Part shown: piece by piece, positions 50,429 through 60,517 of the stretch
How the letters are laid out: every line of letters starts with the position of its first letter
Position numbering within the stretch: position 1 is the first letter of the stretch
Assembly (NCBI GenBank): GCA_965228735.1
Contig: OZ245838.1
Span: 2,048,001 to 2,112,000, forward strand
DNA length: 64,000 nucleotides
Direction: 5' to 3'
Source of the DNA: Planctomycetota bacterium
GTDB lineage: Bacteria; Planctomycetota; UBA1135; UBA2386
Translations under genes and position numbers: made by a program
The notes under the pieces: model-generated
Database searches by the model: none
Told to the model about the DNA's origin: nothing
Seen by the model: the letters and a program-made list of their open reading frames with translations, nothing else

Positions 50429-53400
50429 ATGACAGCGCGGGTTCAGGGCCCTCACAGGTCCACCTTGTCGAATGCCGATACAGTCGGCGTGGCGACCCGC
50501 GGGAACAGGGCCCCCAAACCGGCGTCATCGCCCAGCCGGGACGAGGCGGAGAACGTCGCGCGCGCGTTTGCGCTCGCGCTCCGCAACGTCAGCGTGTACC
50601 CAGCGGACCATCCGCGCTCGACCTCCGCTGCCAGCGACTGCCTCGAGCTGATCCGGGCCCGCGGCGGCGTCATCCTCACGACGCACGATCGCCAGCTCGG
50701 ATGCAACGGTCTGCGCCTCGGGGACGACACCCAGTTCGCGTGGGTCGTCGAACGACTCCGCGCCGGCGGCCTGCGCGGCGTGGTCGCGAGTCCGAAGTGT
50801 ACGGGCGAAGACCTGCTCGCGCTCGCGCGCGAACTCGTGCAGACCAAGGGGGTGAAGGCCGGCGAGACCCTCGACTGGCCGGACGACCACGCGCGGCTGC
50901 AGATCATTCCGCTGCTGTTCACTGGCACGTTCGTGCGCGATGGCCGCACTGCGAAGAGCGCGGGCGGCGACGGCACCGGTACCGCGAGCGGCGGCGGCAC
51001 CACGGGCACGGGCGCCAACGACACCAACGCGCAGCAGGGAACCGACCGCCCAGGGATCGGCACCGGACGCAACACCGGCGGCACGAGCACGGGCCACGGC
51101 ACCGCGGGTTCTGGCAGCGGCGGCGGGACGGGTGCGGGGATCGGGCGGGGTATCGGTGGCGGTGCTGGCGCCGGCACCGGCTCGGGTGTCGGGCGCGGCC
51201 GTGGCGGCAACGCCGGGACCGGCCAGGCGACGGGCGACGCTGCGTCGGGCACCGGCACGGGCAGCGGTCCGGGCAGCGAGCTCGGCGCCGGCCCGGGAAC
51301 GGGCGCCGGCAGCGGTAGCGGCGACGGCAGCGGCAGCGGCGCCGGTAGCGGCAACCCTAGCGGTAGCGGTAGCGGCAGTGGCAACGGCGGCGGCAGCGAC
51401 AGTGGCAGCGGCAGTGGCAACGGCGGCGGTAGCGGCAGCGGTAACGGCGACGGCAGCGGCAGCGTCAACGGCAACGGGGAAGGCAGCGGCGACGGCAGCG
51501 GCGCCGGCCCGGGAACGGGCGCCGGCAGCGGTAGCGGCGACGGCAGCGGCAGCGGCGCCGGTAGCGGCAACCCTAGCGGTAGCGGTAGCGGCAGTGGCAA
51601 CGGCGGCGGCAGCGGCAGTGGCAACGGCAGTGGCAACGGCGGCGGTAGCGGCAGCGGTAACGGCGACGGCAGCGGCAGCGTCAACGGCGACGGGGAAGGC
51701 AGCGGCGACGGCAGCGGCGGCGGTGGCGGGGAAGGCAGCGGCGCCGGCTCCGGCATGGGCAACGGCGCCAGCGACACCTCGAAGCCCGCCACCGGCAACG
51801 GCCATGGCACTGCGCACTGCGACGACGACACCGGCCGCGCTCTGACACCTGGCGGTGGCGGCAGCGCGGGAATCGCCTCTGGCTTCGACAGCGGGACGAG
51901 CGACGCCGCCAGCGTCGGCGGCGTCGGTGGCGGGGTCGGCGGTGGCTTCGGCGTCGGGGTGGGAACCGGACTGGGCAGCGGGGTCGGCAGCGGCAGCGGC
52001 ACCGGCGTCGGCGACGAAGCCGGCGGCATGGCGATTCCACCCGAGGAACCCGGGGACGCCGACGACGACAGCGGAGCGGCCACCGAATTGGGCGCGGACC
52101 CTGCGGACACCTCGGCGGCGAGCCCGGCCTTCGGCCTCGGACGCGCCGGGATGGAACTGATGTTCCAGGGCACGATCGGCACGCCCGATGTCCTGTTCTC
52201 GGACTCGACGTCGTCCGCGGAGCCGACCGACCTGGTCGACGCCACCGCGATCCAAGAACCCGGATCTCCCCGCGCGAACCCCGCGCTTTCCGGACTGCTC
52301 GCCGACATGCTCGGCGACGTCATCGACGGCTCCGCGCATCGCGCACTCGCGGACGCGCTCTCGGGTGAAGCCGACACCGCGCCCGAATCCGTCGACCGCG
52401 AGACCGACGAACCCGGCGCGGCGCCAGCGATGGATTACGACGTGGCTGGCGGGACGTCGCTCGACGATCGCACCCTCGATACCGCGCGGCGGAGCGCCGA
52501 GATCGCGCAGCGCTACTTCGGCCGGCCCGAGCCAGAACAGGACACGACCCTCGAGAAGCCGAGCGGCCGCCCCGAGGACGCGGCGATCGTGGGCGACATC
52601 GACTCGCTCCTCGAGGAGATCGCCGCACTCCCGGACACTGCCAACCCCGCGCTGCAGCCGCCGGGCGAAACCCGCACGGACCTGGCCGGAATCGCGGAGC
52701 AACTGCTCGGCGTCTACCTCTACCTCTGGGTCACCTACCCCGAGCCGGACGCCCGGCAGCGACTCGAGCAGCCTCTGATTCGCGCGCTGGCTTCGTGCCG
52801 CGACGACATCACCGTGCTCGATCCGTACCTCGGCGACGGCGACTTCGCGGAGATCTCGAGCCCGGCCGAGCGCCGCGCGATCCTCGACCTCGCCGCTCAG
52901 GCCGGCCGCGGTCGCCTGCTCGCGGAGCGCGACTACTTCAGCGCCGCGCTCGTCACCGAGGAGTTCCCGCAGTCGTTGCCCGCCGCGGTGCGCGTGCTCG
53001 GCGGCTCGGACAAGGGCATCGTCGTGCTGCGCGAGGCGGTCGACAAGCTGCTGCAGGAACACGGCCGCCAGGCGTTCATCGATCTGCTGCGATCCGAAGA
53101 ACTGCAGGACGCCGCGATGATCCGCGGACTCGTTGCCCTGGGCGGCGAGATCGCGTCCGTGGCCCTGACCGCGGCGACCTGGTCCGGGCGGCTCGAGCTC
53201 TACGACGAAGTGCTCGAGCAGGTGCGCTCGATGGACGTCCCGGGTCCCGAACGGCGGGCGCTCAAGCTGCTGCGCTCGCAGGACCGCGGTTCGACGTCGT
53301 ACCTGCAGCAACTCGTGCGCGACCTCTCGGACGGCAGCGTCTCGCAGGAGCTGCGCCGCCGGACCGCCGAGATGCTCCGCGCGCAGGTTCACCGCGCGCG

Positions 53401-53590
53401 CGAGAACGACGACATCGACCGCATGCGATCCGCCATCGAAGACCTGGCGCTCGTGCCGGACACCCAGACCCGATCGCTGCTGCGCGAGATCGGCAGCAGC
53501 GACCGCTGGCTCCGCGTGTTCGACCCACTCGGTCCCGCCCGTGCCGCGGCCCGCGACGTTCTGCGCAAGATCGAGAGTGCGACGCCATGA
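50429..53590 (+). CDS. Large protein with HD-GYP-associated-type N-domain, long Gly/Ser low-complexity linker and helical C-domain
   Basis: LALRNVSVYPADHP N-domain, ~350-aa G/S-rich tract, acidic linker, HEAT-like C-terminus. ATGA-coupled to the HD-GYP gene. Start uncertain. Confidence 0.7.
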   Translation: MTARVQGPHRSTLSNADTVGVATRGNRAPKPASSPSRDEAENVARAFALALRNVSVYPADHPRSTSAASDCLELIRARGGVILTTHDRQLGCNGLRLGDDTQFAWVVERLRAGGLRGVVASPKCTGEDLLALARELVQTKGVKAGETLDWPDDHARLQIIPLLFTGTFVRDGRTAKSAGGDGTGTASGGGTTGTGANDTNAQQGTDRPGIGTGRNTGGTSTGHGTAGSGSGGGTGAGIGRGIGGGAGAGTGSGVGRGRGGNAGTGQATGDAASGTGTGSGPGSELGAGPGTGAGSGSGDGSGSGAGSGNPSGSGSGSGNGGGSDSGSGSGNGGGSGSGNGDGSGSVNGNGEGSGDGSGAGPGTGAGSGSGDGSGSGAGSGNPSGSGSGSGNGGGSGSGNGSGNGGGSGSGNGDGSGSVNGDGEGSGDGSGGGGGEGSGAGSGMGNGASDTSKPATGNGHGTAHCDDDTGRALTPGGGGSAGIASGFDSGTSDAASVGGVGGGVGGGFGVGVGTGLGSGVGSGSGTGVGDEAGGMAIPPEEPGDADDDSGAATELGADPADTSAASPAFGLGRAGMELMFQGTIGTPDVLFSDSTSSAEPTDLVDATAIQEPGSPRANPALSGLLADMLGDVIDGSAHRALADALSGEADTAPESVDRETDEPGAAPAMDYDVAGGTSLDDRTLDTARRSAEIAQRYFGRPEPEQDTTLEKPSGRPEDAAIVGDIDSLLEEIAALPDTANPALQPPGETRTDLAGIAEQLLGVYLYLWVTYPEPDARQRLEQPLIRALASCRDDITVLDPYLGDGDFAEISSPAERRAILDLAAQAGRGRLLAERDYFSAALVTEEFPQSLPAAVRVLGGSDKGIVVLREAVDKLLQEHGRQAFIDLLRSEELQDAAMIRGLVALGGEIASVALTAATWSGRLELYDEVLEQVRSMDVPGPERRALKLLRSQDRGSTSYLQQLVRDLSDGSVSQELRRRTAEMLRAQVHRARENDDIDRMRSAIEDLALVPDTQTRSLLREIGSSDRWLRVFDPLGPARAAARDVLRKIESATP
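51283..51714 (+). repeat. 216-bp (72-codon) near-perfect tandem duplication inside the Gly/Ser tract
   Basis: Copies start at 51283 and 51499 (CGGCGCCGGCCCGGGAAC...). The translations differ at 3 residues. Confidence 0.85.
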
Positions 53591-55263
53591 CCGCGAACGA
53601 CGACCCGAAGAGTCAGATTCTCACGAAGGCCACCGAGCTCGTCGACGAGTTCGTCACGGCGCTCGTCAACTCGCGCATCTACGAGCTTTCGCATCCGCGC
53701 CTGCAGACATCGCTGACCCGAGTGGTCGATCACGTGCGCGCGCTGGCGCGCGAGACGCGCAGCGACCGGGTCCGCATCGTCTGCAGTGAAGGGATGGTGT
53801 TCTTCTCGGGTCAGCCGCTGCTCGGCGCGAGCCTCGCCGCGCCCCGGCTGTTGCGGCTCGTCGACGGCTGGAATGCCGGTGGCGTCGAACTCGCCCGCCA
53901 GATCGACGCCACGGAGCTCGCGACGTTCTTCGCGTGCATCGTCGCGAGCAAGGAACGGCCGGAACACGACTACCGCCACGTCAATCGCCAGACCAGCTCG
54001 CGCCGCTGCCTGCACGCGCAGCTGCTCCCGCCGGCGGGTGACCGGCGCGGCTCGCGCGGCGCCGGCGGCGGTAGCAGCGGCGGCGGCGGTGGTAGCGGCG
54101 GCGGCGTCGGTAGCGGCGGCGGCGGCAGCGGTTCGGGCCCCGGCGGCGGTGGTTGCGGCGGCGGCAGCGGTGGCGGCGGCGGCGGCGGCGGCAGTGGAGG
54201 CGGCGGCGGCGGCAATGGCGGCGGCGCGGACGGCTTCGACCTGGCTGCGTTCGACGATGCCGGACCGGGCGGCGGCGGCGGCGGCCGGAGCGGCCGCCAG
54301 AGCTACGAAGAGGAACAGATGCGCATCGGGATGCGCAGCTACCAGGGCGTGATGGACATGTTGCAGTCCGTGACCGTCTCGGTGTGTCGCGGCGGCACGA
54401 TCGACTTCTCGCCGGTGTTCGAACAGGCGGAGCTCGTGCTCGAACACCTCGAGATGAACGGCACCGCGCTGCTCGGTCTCGCCCGCCAGGAGCAGTACGA
54501 CGCGTTCACGTTCGGCCACTCGATCCGCGTCGCGATCCTCGCGATGAACTTCGCGCGCGCGCTGACCGCCGATCGCGAACTGCAGATCCGCATCGGCGCA
54601 GCGGCCCTGCTGCACGACGTCGGCAAGTCGCTCGTGCCGTTCGAGATCCTGCACAGCAACAAGCGCCTGAGCGAGGACGAGCGCCGCGAGATGGGACGCC
54701 ACGCCGAGCTCGGCGCGAAGTGCCTGCTCGACCACCACGACTCCGACCCGCTCGCGATCGTCGCCGCGTTCGGTCACCATCTCTCGCCCGACGGCACCGG
54801 CTACCCGCGCACGGTGCACGAGCACCCGATCACGTGGATCACGAGCATCGTCAAGATCTGCGACATCTTCGAGGCCCTGACCGCAGCGCGCCCCTACAAG
54901 AGCGCGATGGCGCCGATCCGGGCGTATCGCATCATGCTCGCCATGGGCGAGAAGCTCGATCGCGGCCTGCTCAAGCGCTTCATCGAGATCAACGGCATCT
55001 ACCCGGTCGGCCAGCGCGTCGAGCTCGAGGACGGCGTCATCGCGGTCGTGGACCGGCAGACCGACGACCCGCTGCACCCGGTCGTCGTGATCGTGCAGCA
55101 TGGTGACGGCTCGGAGCCCGACCCGGAGGACAACGAACCGTTCGACCTCCGCGAGATCGCGTGTCCGAACGTGCGGATGATCGTGCGCGAGGTGCTCGGC
55201 GAGACCGCGCCGACGCCCGACGTGGATCACGCCGAGGATCCGAACCCGGCGAACCGCGACTGA
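53587..55263 (+). CDS. HD-GYP domain phosphodiesterase with poly-Gly insert
   Basis: HSIRV, LLHDVGK, HAELG, HHLSPDGTGYP and CDIFEALTAARPYK motifs. Start ATG 53587. Confidence 0.85.
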   Translation: MTANDDPKSQILTKATELVDEFVTALVNSRIYELSHPRLQTSLTRVVDHVRALARETRSDRVRIVCSEGMVFFSGQPLLGASLAAPRLLRLVDGWNAGGVELARQIDATELATFFACIVASKERPEHDYRHVNRQTSSRRCLHAQLLPPAGDRRGSRGAGGGSSGGGGGSGGGVGSGGGGSGSGPGGGGCGGGSGGGGGGGGSGGGGGGNGGGADGFDLAAFDDAGPGGGGGGRSGRQSYEEEQMRIGMRSYQGVMDMLQSVTVSVCRGGTIDFSPVFEQAELVLEHLEMNGTALLGLARQEQYDAFTFGHSIRVAILAMNFARALTADRELQIRIGAAALLHDVGKSLVPFEILHSNKRLSEDERREMGRHAELGAKCLLDHHDSDPLAIVAAFGHHLSPDGTGYPRTVHEHPITWITSIVKICDIFEALTAARPYKSAMAPIRAYRIMLAMGEKLDRGLLKRFIEINGIYPVGQRVELEDGVIAVVDRQTDDPLHPVVVIVQHGDGSEPDPEDNEPFDLREIACPNVRMIVREVLGETAPTPDVDHAEDPNPANRD

Positions 55264-55281
55264 GCGCCCCGGCCGCGCCGG

Positions 55282-57165
55282 TCAGTCGTCGCGGCCCGGC
55301 TCACCATCGACCCGTTCGGACGGTGACTCCGCGACCGCGGGACCGTGCAGCGCCTCCCACACGGCGCGCGCGACGTTCGCCGGCACGCCCGGGCTCTGCT
55401 CGAGCTCCTGCCGCGTCGCGTTCTTGAGCGCCGTGAGCGACCCGAAGTGCCGCAGCAGCGCGCGGCGTCGCGCCGGCCCGACGCCCGCGATGCCGTCGAG
55501 TTCGCTGCCGAGCCGACCGCGCTGCTGGCGGTGATAGGTGATCGCGAAGCGGTGCGCCTCGTCGCGCAACGCCGCGATGAGCAGCGTCTCCGGAGCCTGC
55601 TCCTCGAGCCCGACCGAGGTCTCGGCGGTCGGCAGGAAGACCCGTTCGCCGCTCTCGCGCCGCTCGTCCCCCACGCCGCGCAACCGGCTCTTCGCGAGGC
55701 CGCAGATCTGCAGGTCCCCGTGCAGGCCGAGGTCCTCGAGGGCGCGCATCGCCGCCGTGAGCTGTCCGCGACCGCCGTCGACGACGAGCAGATCCGGCAG
55801 TTCCTCCGTGTCGCGCTCCAGGCAAAGGCGCAGGCTGCGCCGCACCGCCTCGGTCATCGCGGCGAAGTCGTCGCCCGCGTTCTCCGCCGAGATCTTGAAG
55901 CGCCGGTACTGACCCTTCGCCGGCGTGCCGTCGACGAAACAGACCCGCGACGCGACGGTGCTCGTGCCCTGGATCGTCGAGACATCGAGGCAGTGCAGGC
56001 GCTCGGGCACGTCCGGCAGATCCAGCAGCGCCGCGAGCCGCACCGCACCCGCACGCCGGCGCGACGCCGCATCGGTCGCCATCTCATCGGCGAGTCGCGC
56101 GTTCTCCTGCGCGAGGTCGAGATGCCGGCGCTTGCTGCCGCGCTGCGGGACGACCACCTCGACCTTGGCGCCGCGCTTGCCGCGCAACCACTCGGCAACG
56201 ATCAGGGGCTCGGACGGCAGCTGCGGCACGAGCACGGTGCCAGGCACGTAGCGATCACCCTCGTAGAACCGCCCGAGCAGGTCGTCGAGCAGCAGCTCGT
56301 CGGACAGCTCCGTCTGCAGCGCGAAGCGCCGCGTGTTCTCGAGCGCGCCGCCGCGGAACGCGAGCAACGCGACGGTCACCTCGTCCCCCGCGCGATGGAT
56401 GCCGATGGCGTCCTCGTCGCCACCCGCCGTCACGACGGCCTGCGGCTGCGCGACCGACTGCAGCGCGCGAATCTGCTCCTTGATCGCCTGCGCGCGCTCG
56501 AACTCGAGCTCGTCCGCGGCGTCCTGCATGCGGTCGCGCAGGTCCGCGAGCACGGGACCGACCTCGCCCTTGAGGATGCGGACGGAGCGATCGAGCAGCT
56601 CATCGTAGGCCGAGCGGTCGATCAGGTCGACGCACGGCGCCGGACAGCGGCCGATCTGATGCTTGATGCACGGCCGCGACCGGTTGTCGAACACCGCGTC
56701 CTTGCAGTCCCGCAGCGGCACGATCTTGTGCAGCAACCGCAGCGTGCGCCGCACGGACTTCGCCGACGCGTAGGGCCCGAAATACTGTGCCCCGTCGTTC
56801 TGGCGCTTGCGCACGAGGCGATACCACGGCCACGCCTCGCGGCGATCGAGCCGCAGCAACAGGAACGCCTTGTCGTCCTTGAGCTTGACGTTGTAGCGCG
56901 GCTTCTTCTTCTTGATGACCGTGTTCTCGAGCAGCAGCGCCTCGGTCTCGCTCGCGGTCGCGATGAACTCGACGTCCGCGGCCTCGGCCGCGAGGAACCG
57001 CAGCTGATAGCGCCCGTCGCCCCCCGGCGTGAGGTAGCTCCGCACCCGCGCCCGCAGGTTGGCCGCCTTGCCGACGTAGAGCGTCTTGCCCTCCGCGTTG
57101 GAGAACACGTACACCCCGGGCCCGGTCGGAAAGCGCGCGACCTTGGCCGTGATGTCGGGGTGCAT
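55282..57165 (-). CDS. uvrC: Excinuclease ABC subunit C
   Basis: GIY-YIG (PGVY...YVGKA), PRYNV, CLDVS, DGGRGQ, LRDEAHRFAI and HhH (GVGP..R..LL.HFGS) motifs. Confidence 0.96.
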   Translation of the reverse strand: MHPDITAKVARFPTGPGVYVFSNAEGKTLYVGKAANLRARVRSYLTPGGDGRYQLRFLAAEAADVEFIATASETEALLLENTVIKKKKPRYNVKLKDDKAFLLLRLDRREAWPWYRLVRKRQNDGAQYFGPYASAKSVRRTLRLLHKIVPLRDCKDAVFDNRSRPCIKHQIGRCPAPCVDLIDRSAYDELLDRSVRILKGEVGPVLADLRDRMQDAADELEFERAQAIKEQIRALQSVAQPQAVVTAGGDEDAIGIHRAGDEVTVALLAFRGGALENTRRFALQTELSDELLLDDLLGRFYEGDRYVPGTVLVPQLPSEPLIVAEWLRGKRGAKVEVVVPQRGSKRRHLDLAQENARLADEMATDAASRRRAGAVRLAALLDLPDVPERLHCLDVSTIQGTSTVASRVCFVDGTPAKGQYRRFKISAENAGDDFAAMTEAVRRSLRLCLERDTEELPDLLVVDGGRGQLTAAMRALEDLGLHGDLQICGLAKSRLRGVGDERRESGERVFLPTAETSVGLEEQAPETLLIAALRDEAHRFAITYHRQQRGRLGSELDGIAGVGPARRRALLRHFGSLTALKNATRQELEQSPGVPANVARAVWEALHGPAVAESPSERVDGEPGRDD

Positions 57166-57224
57166 GCGTGCAGTCGTATCGCGATGCCGACACCCGGTCC
57201 ACGGCGCCGGGCCACGCGAACGGG

Positions 57225-57253
57225 TTGACGCCTCACCCGGGACGGTCGAGGAT
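57225..57253 (+). promoter_or_regulatory. Putative sigma70-type promoter (TTGACG-N17-GAGGAT)
   Basis: Strong -35 match with a 17-nt spacer, upstream of the gene at 57297; weak -10. Confidence 0.35.
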
Positions 57254-57296
57254 GCTACGCGACCCCACTGCTCGCGAGCCGAGCGAAGGAGATGCC

Positions 57297-58898
57297 GTGA
57301 CTGCACGATGGACGCTGCTGTGCGTCGTCGAAGCGATCGTCGTCGCGCTGCTGTGCTGGCAGGTGTTCGGCGGTGCGCCGGCGCAGGGCGCCGCGTCGCC
57401 CGAGCCGGCGACCCGACTGACGCTCGACGGCGCGACGCCGGACGCCGGAGGCGGAACCACGGTGTCGGGAACGACGCCGGACGAGGCGCTATCCGCGATC
57501 GCGCCGCCGACCCGCGAAGCCGTCGCGTCGAACTGGGATCCCGACAGCCCGTTCGGCGTGATCCTTACTGGCGAACTGCGGCTGAGCGACGGCAGCCCCG
57601 TCGAGGCGCATCTCACCGCCGCCCAGGAGGGCGAGTACGCCGGGCAACGCTCCGGCGCACCAGGCACCTACGTGTTCTCGGGGCTGCGACCCGGCGACTG
57701 GACGATCAAGGTGCGCGGCGACCGCATCGCCGCACACGAGGAGACGATCACGCTCACGACGACGGCGATCCAGCGGCACGACCTCGTCCTCGAGCCGTCG
57801 TTCCCTGTCCGGGTCACCATTGTCACGCCCGACGGCGCTGACGCACGAATGGCGGCGATGCGGGCGCTCGGCGACATGACGCCGTTCTCGATCGTCGGCC
57901 AGCGGGAACGGTTTGCCGAACGCTACGCCGCGAACGACTACGGCGCCGTACGGATCGGCGACGCGCGCTGGGACCGGGCGCGCACGCAGCAGGATGGGCT
58001 CCTCGGCACGCTCACGTTCCGTTCGCTGCCGGCGCACATCGCGGTGATGATGCGTCATCTCGTGCTGCAGCAGCAGGTCGTCTCGCCGGGCCAGGAAGAG
58101 GTCCGGTTCGTCGTCGACGTCGAGGAACTCCAGACCCAGATGGCAAGCGCGACGATCCGGGTGCTCCACGAGCCGGCAGGACTCCCGCTCGCGGGCGCAC
58201 GCGTGAGGCTCAAGTCGTCGGGCGGCGGCGGCATCGGCGGCCAGGCAACCACGGACGACAGCGGCCGAGCCATCGTGGAGCGGGCGATGCCCGGCTTGCT
58301 GAGACTCTCCGTGTCAGCGTCGAACTGCGAGACCCTGTGCCGGACCGTCGAGCTTCAGCCCGGCCAGCAGCTCGACCTCGGCGAGATGCGACTCGGGCGC
58401 CGAGCCGAGTTCCGCGGCGTCGTTCTCGGCCCCGACGGTCAACCCGCCGGAGCGCGCGTGCAGTGGCAACCGCTCAAGGGCTTGGATGGGCCCACCCCGT
58501 TCCGCCACAACTACTCGACGACGCCAGACTCCGAGGGCGCGTTCGAACTGCCCGACGTCGGGCCAGGCCTCGTCGCGGTCCAGGCGTACGGCGATGGCGA
58601 TCTGAGGGCGCTCGGAGTGTTCGACTGCCCGACGACCGATCCGATCACCCTGCAGCTCGCCCCAACGGGCAAGTGTCGCTTCACGCGAGAACCGGACCCG
58701 ACCCGGGCCTTCGTCGTGACCATCTACGACGCACAACGCCGCCCACTCAACGGCTACGCGATCGCCCCGAGCGCCGACGACTATCCGGTTCGTCTGCCGC
58801 ACGGCACGTATTCGTTCGAGATCCACGAGGGGCGTAAACTGCGTCGCAGCGGCACGCTGCAGATCGGCTCAGAACCCATCGAGGTGGTGATCCAATGA
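57297..58898 (+). CDS. Membrane-anchored carboxypeptidase-regulatory-like (beta-sandwich) repeat protein
   Basis: SD GAAGGAG before GTG; N-terminal TM; G.Y.FSGL.PG.W, TTDDSGR and GVVLGPDGQP repeats. Confidence 0.75.
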   Translation: MTARWTLLCVVEAIVVALLCWQVFGGAPAQGAASPEPATRLTLDGATPDAGGGTTVSGTTPDEALSAIAPPTREAVASNWDPDSPFGVILTGELRLSDGSPVEAHLTAAQEGEYAGQRSGAPGTYVFSGLRPGDWTIKVRGDRIAAHEETITLTTTAIQRHDLVLEPSFPVRVTIVTPDGADARMAAMRALGDMTPFSIVGQRERFAERYAANDYGAVRIGDARWDRARTQQDGLLGTLTFRSLPAHIAVMMRHLVLQQQVVSPGQEEVRFVVDVEELQTQMASATIRVLHEPAGLPLAGARVRLKSSGGGGIGGQATTDDSGRAIVERAMPGLLRLSVSASNCETLCRTVELQPGQQLDLGEMRLGRRAEFRGVVLGPDGQPAGARVQWQPLKGLDGPTPFRHNYSTTPDSEGAFELPDVGPGLVAVQAYGDGDLRALGVFDCPTTDPITLQLAPTGKCRFTREPDPTRAFVVTIYDAQRRPLNGYAIAPSADDYPVRLPHGTYSFEIHEGRKLRRSGTLQIGSEPIEVVIQ

Positions 58899-60511
58899 CC
58901 AGTCCAACGCGCTCCGCGTGGGCGCTGCGCATGCTCGCCGCCCTGCTCGCCGTCGCGATCCTCGGGTTGTTCGCGGCGTGGGTCGCTGCGGAGGACGCGA
59001 TCGCGCCGCGGCCCGCCGCCGCAGCGACAAACCGCGAAGCCCCCACCTCGCCACCGACGGCTTCGGCCGCCACCACCCCTCATCCCGCCACCCCGCGGCC
59101 GAACGAGTCTCGAGAATCGGCAGCCGAACCCGAGGCGATGCCAGCGGCCACAGCATCGACGGCCCTGCTCTACGGCATCGTGCGCGACAGCGCCGGCAAC
59201 GCCCCGATCAGCGGCTCCGTCGAGCTGTCTCGCGCCGACGAGCGCATTGCCTTCTGCCGGCTGACCGACGGCACGTTCGCGTTCTCGGGTCTGGTGCCGG
59301 GAACCTATCGCGCCCTGTGCCGAGCCGAGAACGAGTTGCCGCTGGAGCGCGAGATCACGGTGGCCGCGCCGGCGACGCGAGTGGATCTCGAACTCGACGA
59401 GCGCTGGGTGCTCACGGTCGAAGCCGTGACTCCCGCCGGCAAGCCGCTCCGCGACGAGTTCGAGGGCATGGCCAACTTCCGGCTCACGCGCGCGCTCGCC
59501 GCGGCCGCGTTCCCCGAACCGCTGGCCGGCACCCTGCCGCTCTCGGATCGCCAGTACGCCTCCGCCGGTCTCGGGACGTTCGCAGGCAACCGAATCTTCC
59601 GGATGCGAGCTGGCGAGAAGGCCAAACCGACCCAGGTCGTTGGCACGCTGACGTTGCCCCCGCACGAGCCCGTTCACGTCGTGCTACTGCTGCGCAGCAC
59701 CGTGCTCGCGCAGGCGCAGGCGACACCCGGCCAGGAGCAATTGACGTTCGCCATCGATGCCGAGGCCGTGACCGCGGCCCTCGGTTCGGTGCAACTGCGC
59801 GTGGTCGACCCGAGCGGTGCGGGCATCCACGGCGTCAAGCTCGCGCTGAACGGCGGCTGGCTCGCCCCCGAGAACGCGGCGTCCGATCACCTCGGGCGCA
59901 TCCGCGCGGACGGTGTCATTCCGGGCGTGCATCGACTCTCGCTCCGTCACGCTGACGTCGTGGGCCCGGCCCTCGAAGTGCCGGTGGAGAGCGGCTCTGC
60001 CATCGACCTCGGAGACATCGTGATGCGCCCGGGGTTCCTCTTGCGGATTGACATGCGCAACTTCGAAGGCGAAGGGAGGGTGCGCTACACCTGGCTCGAT
60101 CCTGGTCCGGCGGGAACGATCCCTGAGGACTCGTTCCTCTCCAACAACAGCATGGACGAGTATCCGCTGATGCTGCTGCCCGGACGCTACGGCTTCCTCG
60201 CAACCGCGGAGAACGGCGCCGCAGTCGTCGAATTCGACCTCGCCGAAGCCCCGACCGAGCCGGTCCGATTCGACCTTCGCCCAGCGGGTCCGCTACGCAT
60301 CACGTACGACCTCGGCCCCGCGTCCGCGAAGCTCGAGCTCTCGACGAAAAGCGGTCTCGTGATTCGTCGCTACGAACTCACCGGCACGAACACGACCAAA
60401 CTCCGCCTGCCGCCCGACACCTACATCGCGACGATCACCGACATGACCGGCAACGTCGAGCGCCGCAGCGTCGCGGTGAGTGCGGCCGGCGGCACGCTCG
60501 AAATCCCTTGA
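58895..60511 (+). CDS. Paralogous carboxypeptidase-regulatory-like repeat protein
   Basis: ATGA overlap; same architecture as the upstream gene (LYGIVRD..G.P, FSGLVPGTY, GTLTL...PGQEQLTF). Confidence 0.75.
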   Translation: MTSPTRSAWALRMLAALLAVAILGLFAAWVAAEDAIAPRPAAAATNREAPTSPPTASAATTPHPATPRPNESRESAAEPEAMPAATASTALLYGIVRDSAGNAPISGSVELSRADERIAFCRLTDGTFAFSGLVPGTYRALCRAENELPLEREITVAAPATRVDLELDERWVLTVEAVTPAGKPLRDEFEGMANFRLTRALAAAAFPEPLAGTLPLSDRQYASAGLGTFAGNRIFRMRAGEKAKPTQVVGTLTLPPHEPVHVVLLLRSTVLAQAQATPGQEQLTFAIDAEAVTAALGSVQLRVVDPSGAGIHGVKLALNGGWLAPENAASDHLGRIRADGVIPGVHRLSLRHADVVGPALEVPVESGSAIDLGDIVMRPGFLLRIDMRNFEGEGRVRYTWLDPGPAGTIPEDSFLSNNSMDEYPLMLLPGRYGFLATAENGAAVVEFDLAEAPTEPVRFDLRPAGPLRITYDLGPASAKLELSTKSGLVIRRYELTGTNTTKLRLPPDTYIATITDMTGNVERRSVAVSAAGGTLEIP

Positions 60512-60517
60512 TCCCGC

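Noticed and set aside
50452..52377. Pro/Leu-repeat ORF on the minus strand
   Set aside because: It is the reverse complement of the Gly/Ser tract. The plus-strand frame has the domain context and the operon coupling.
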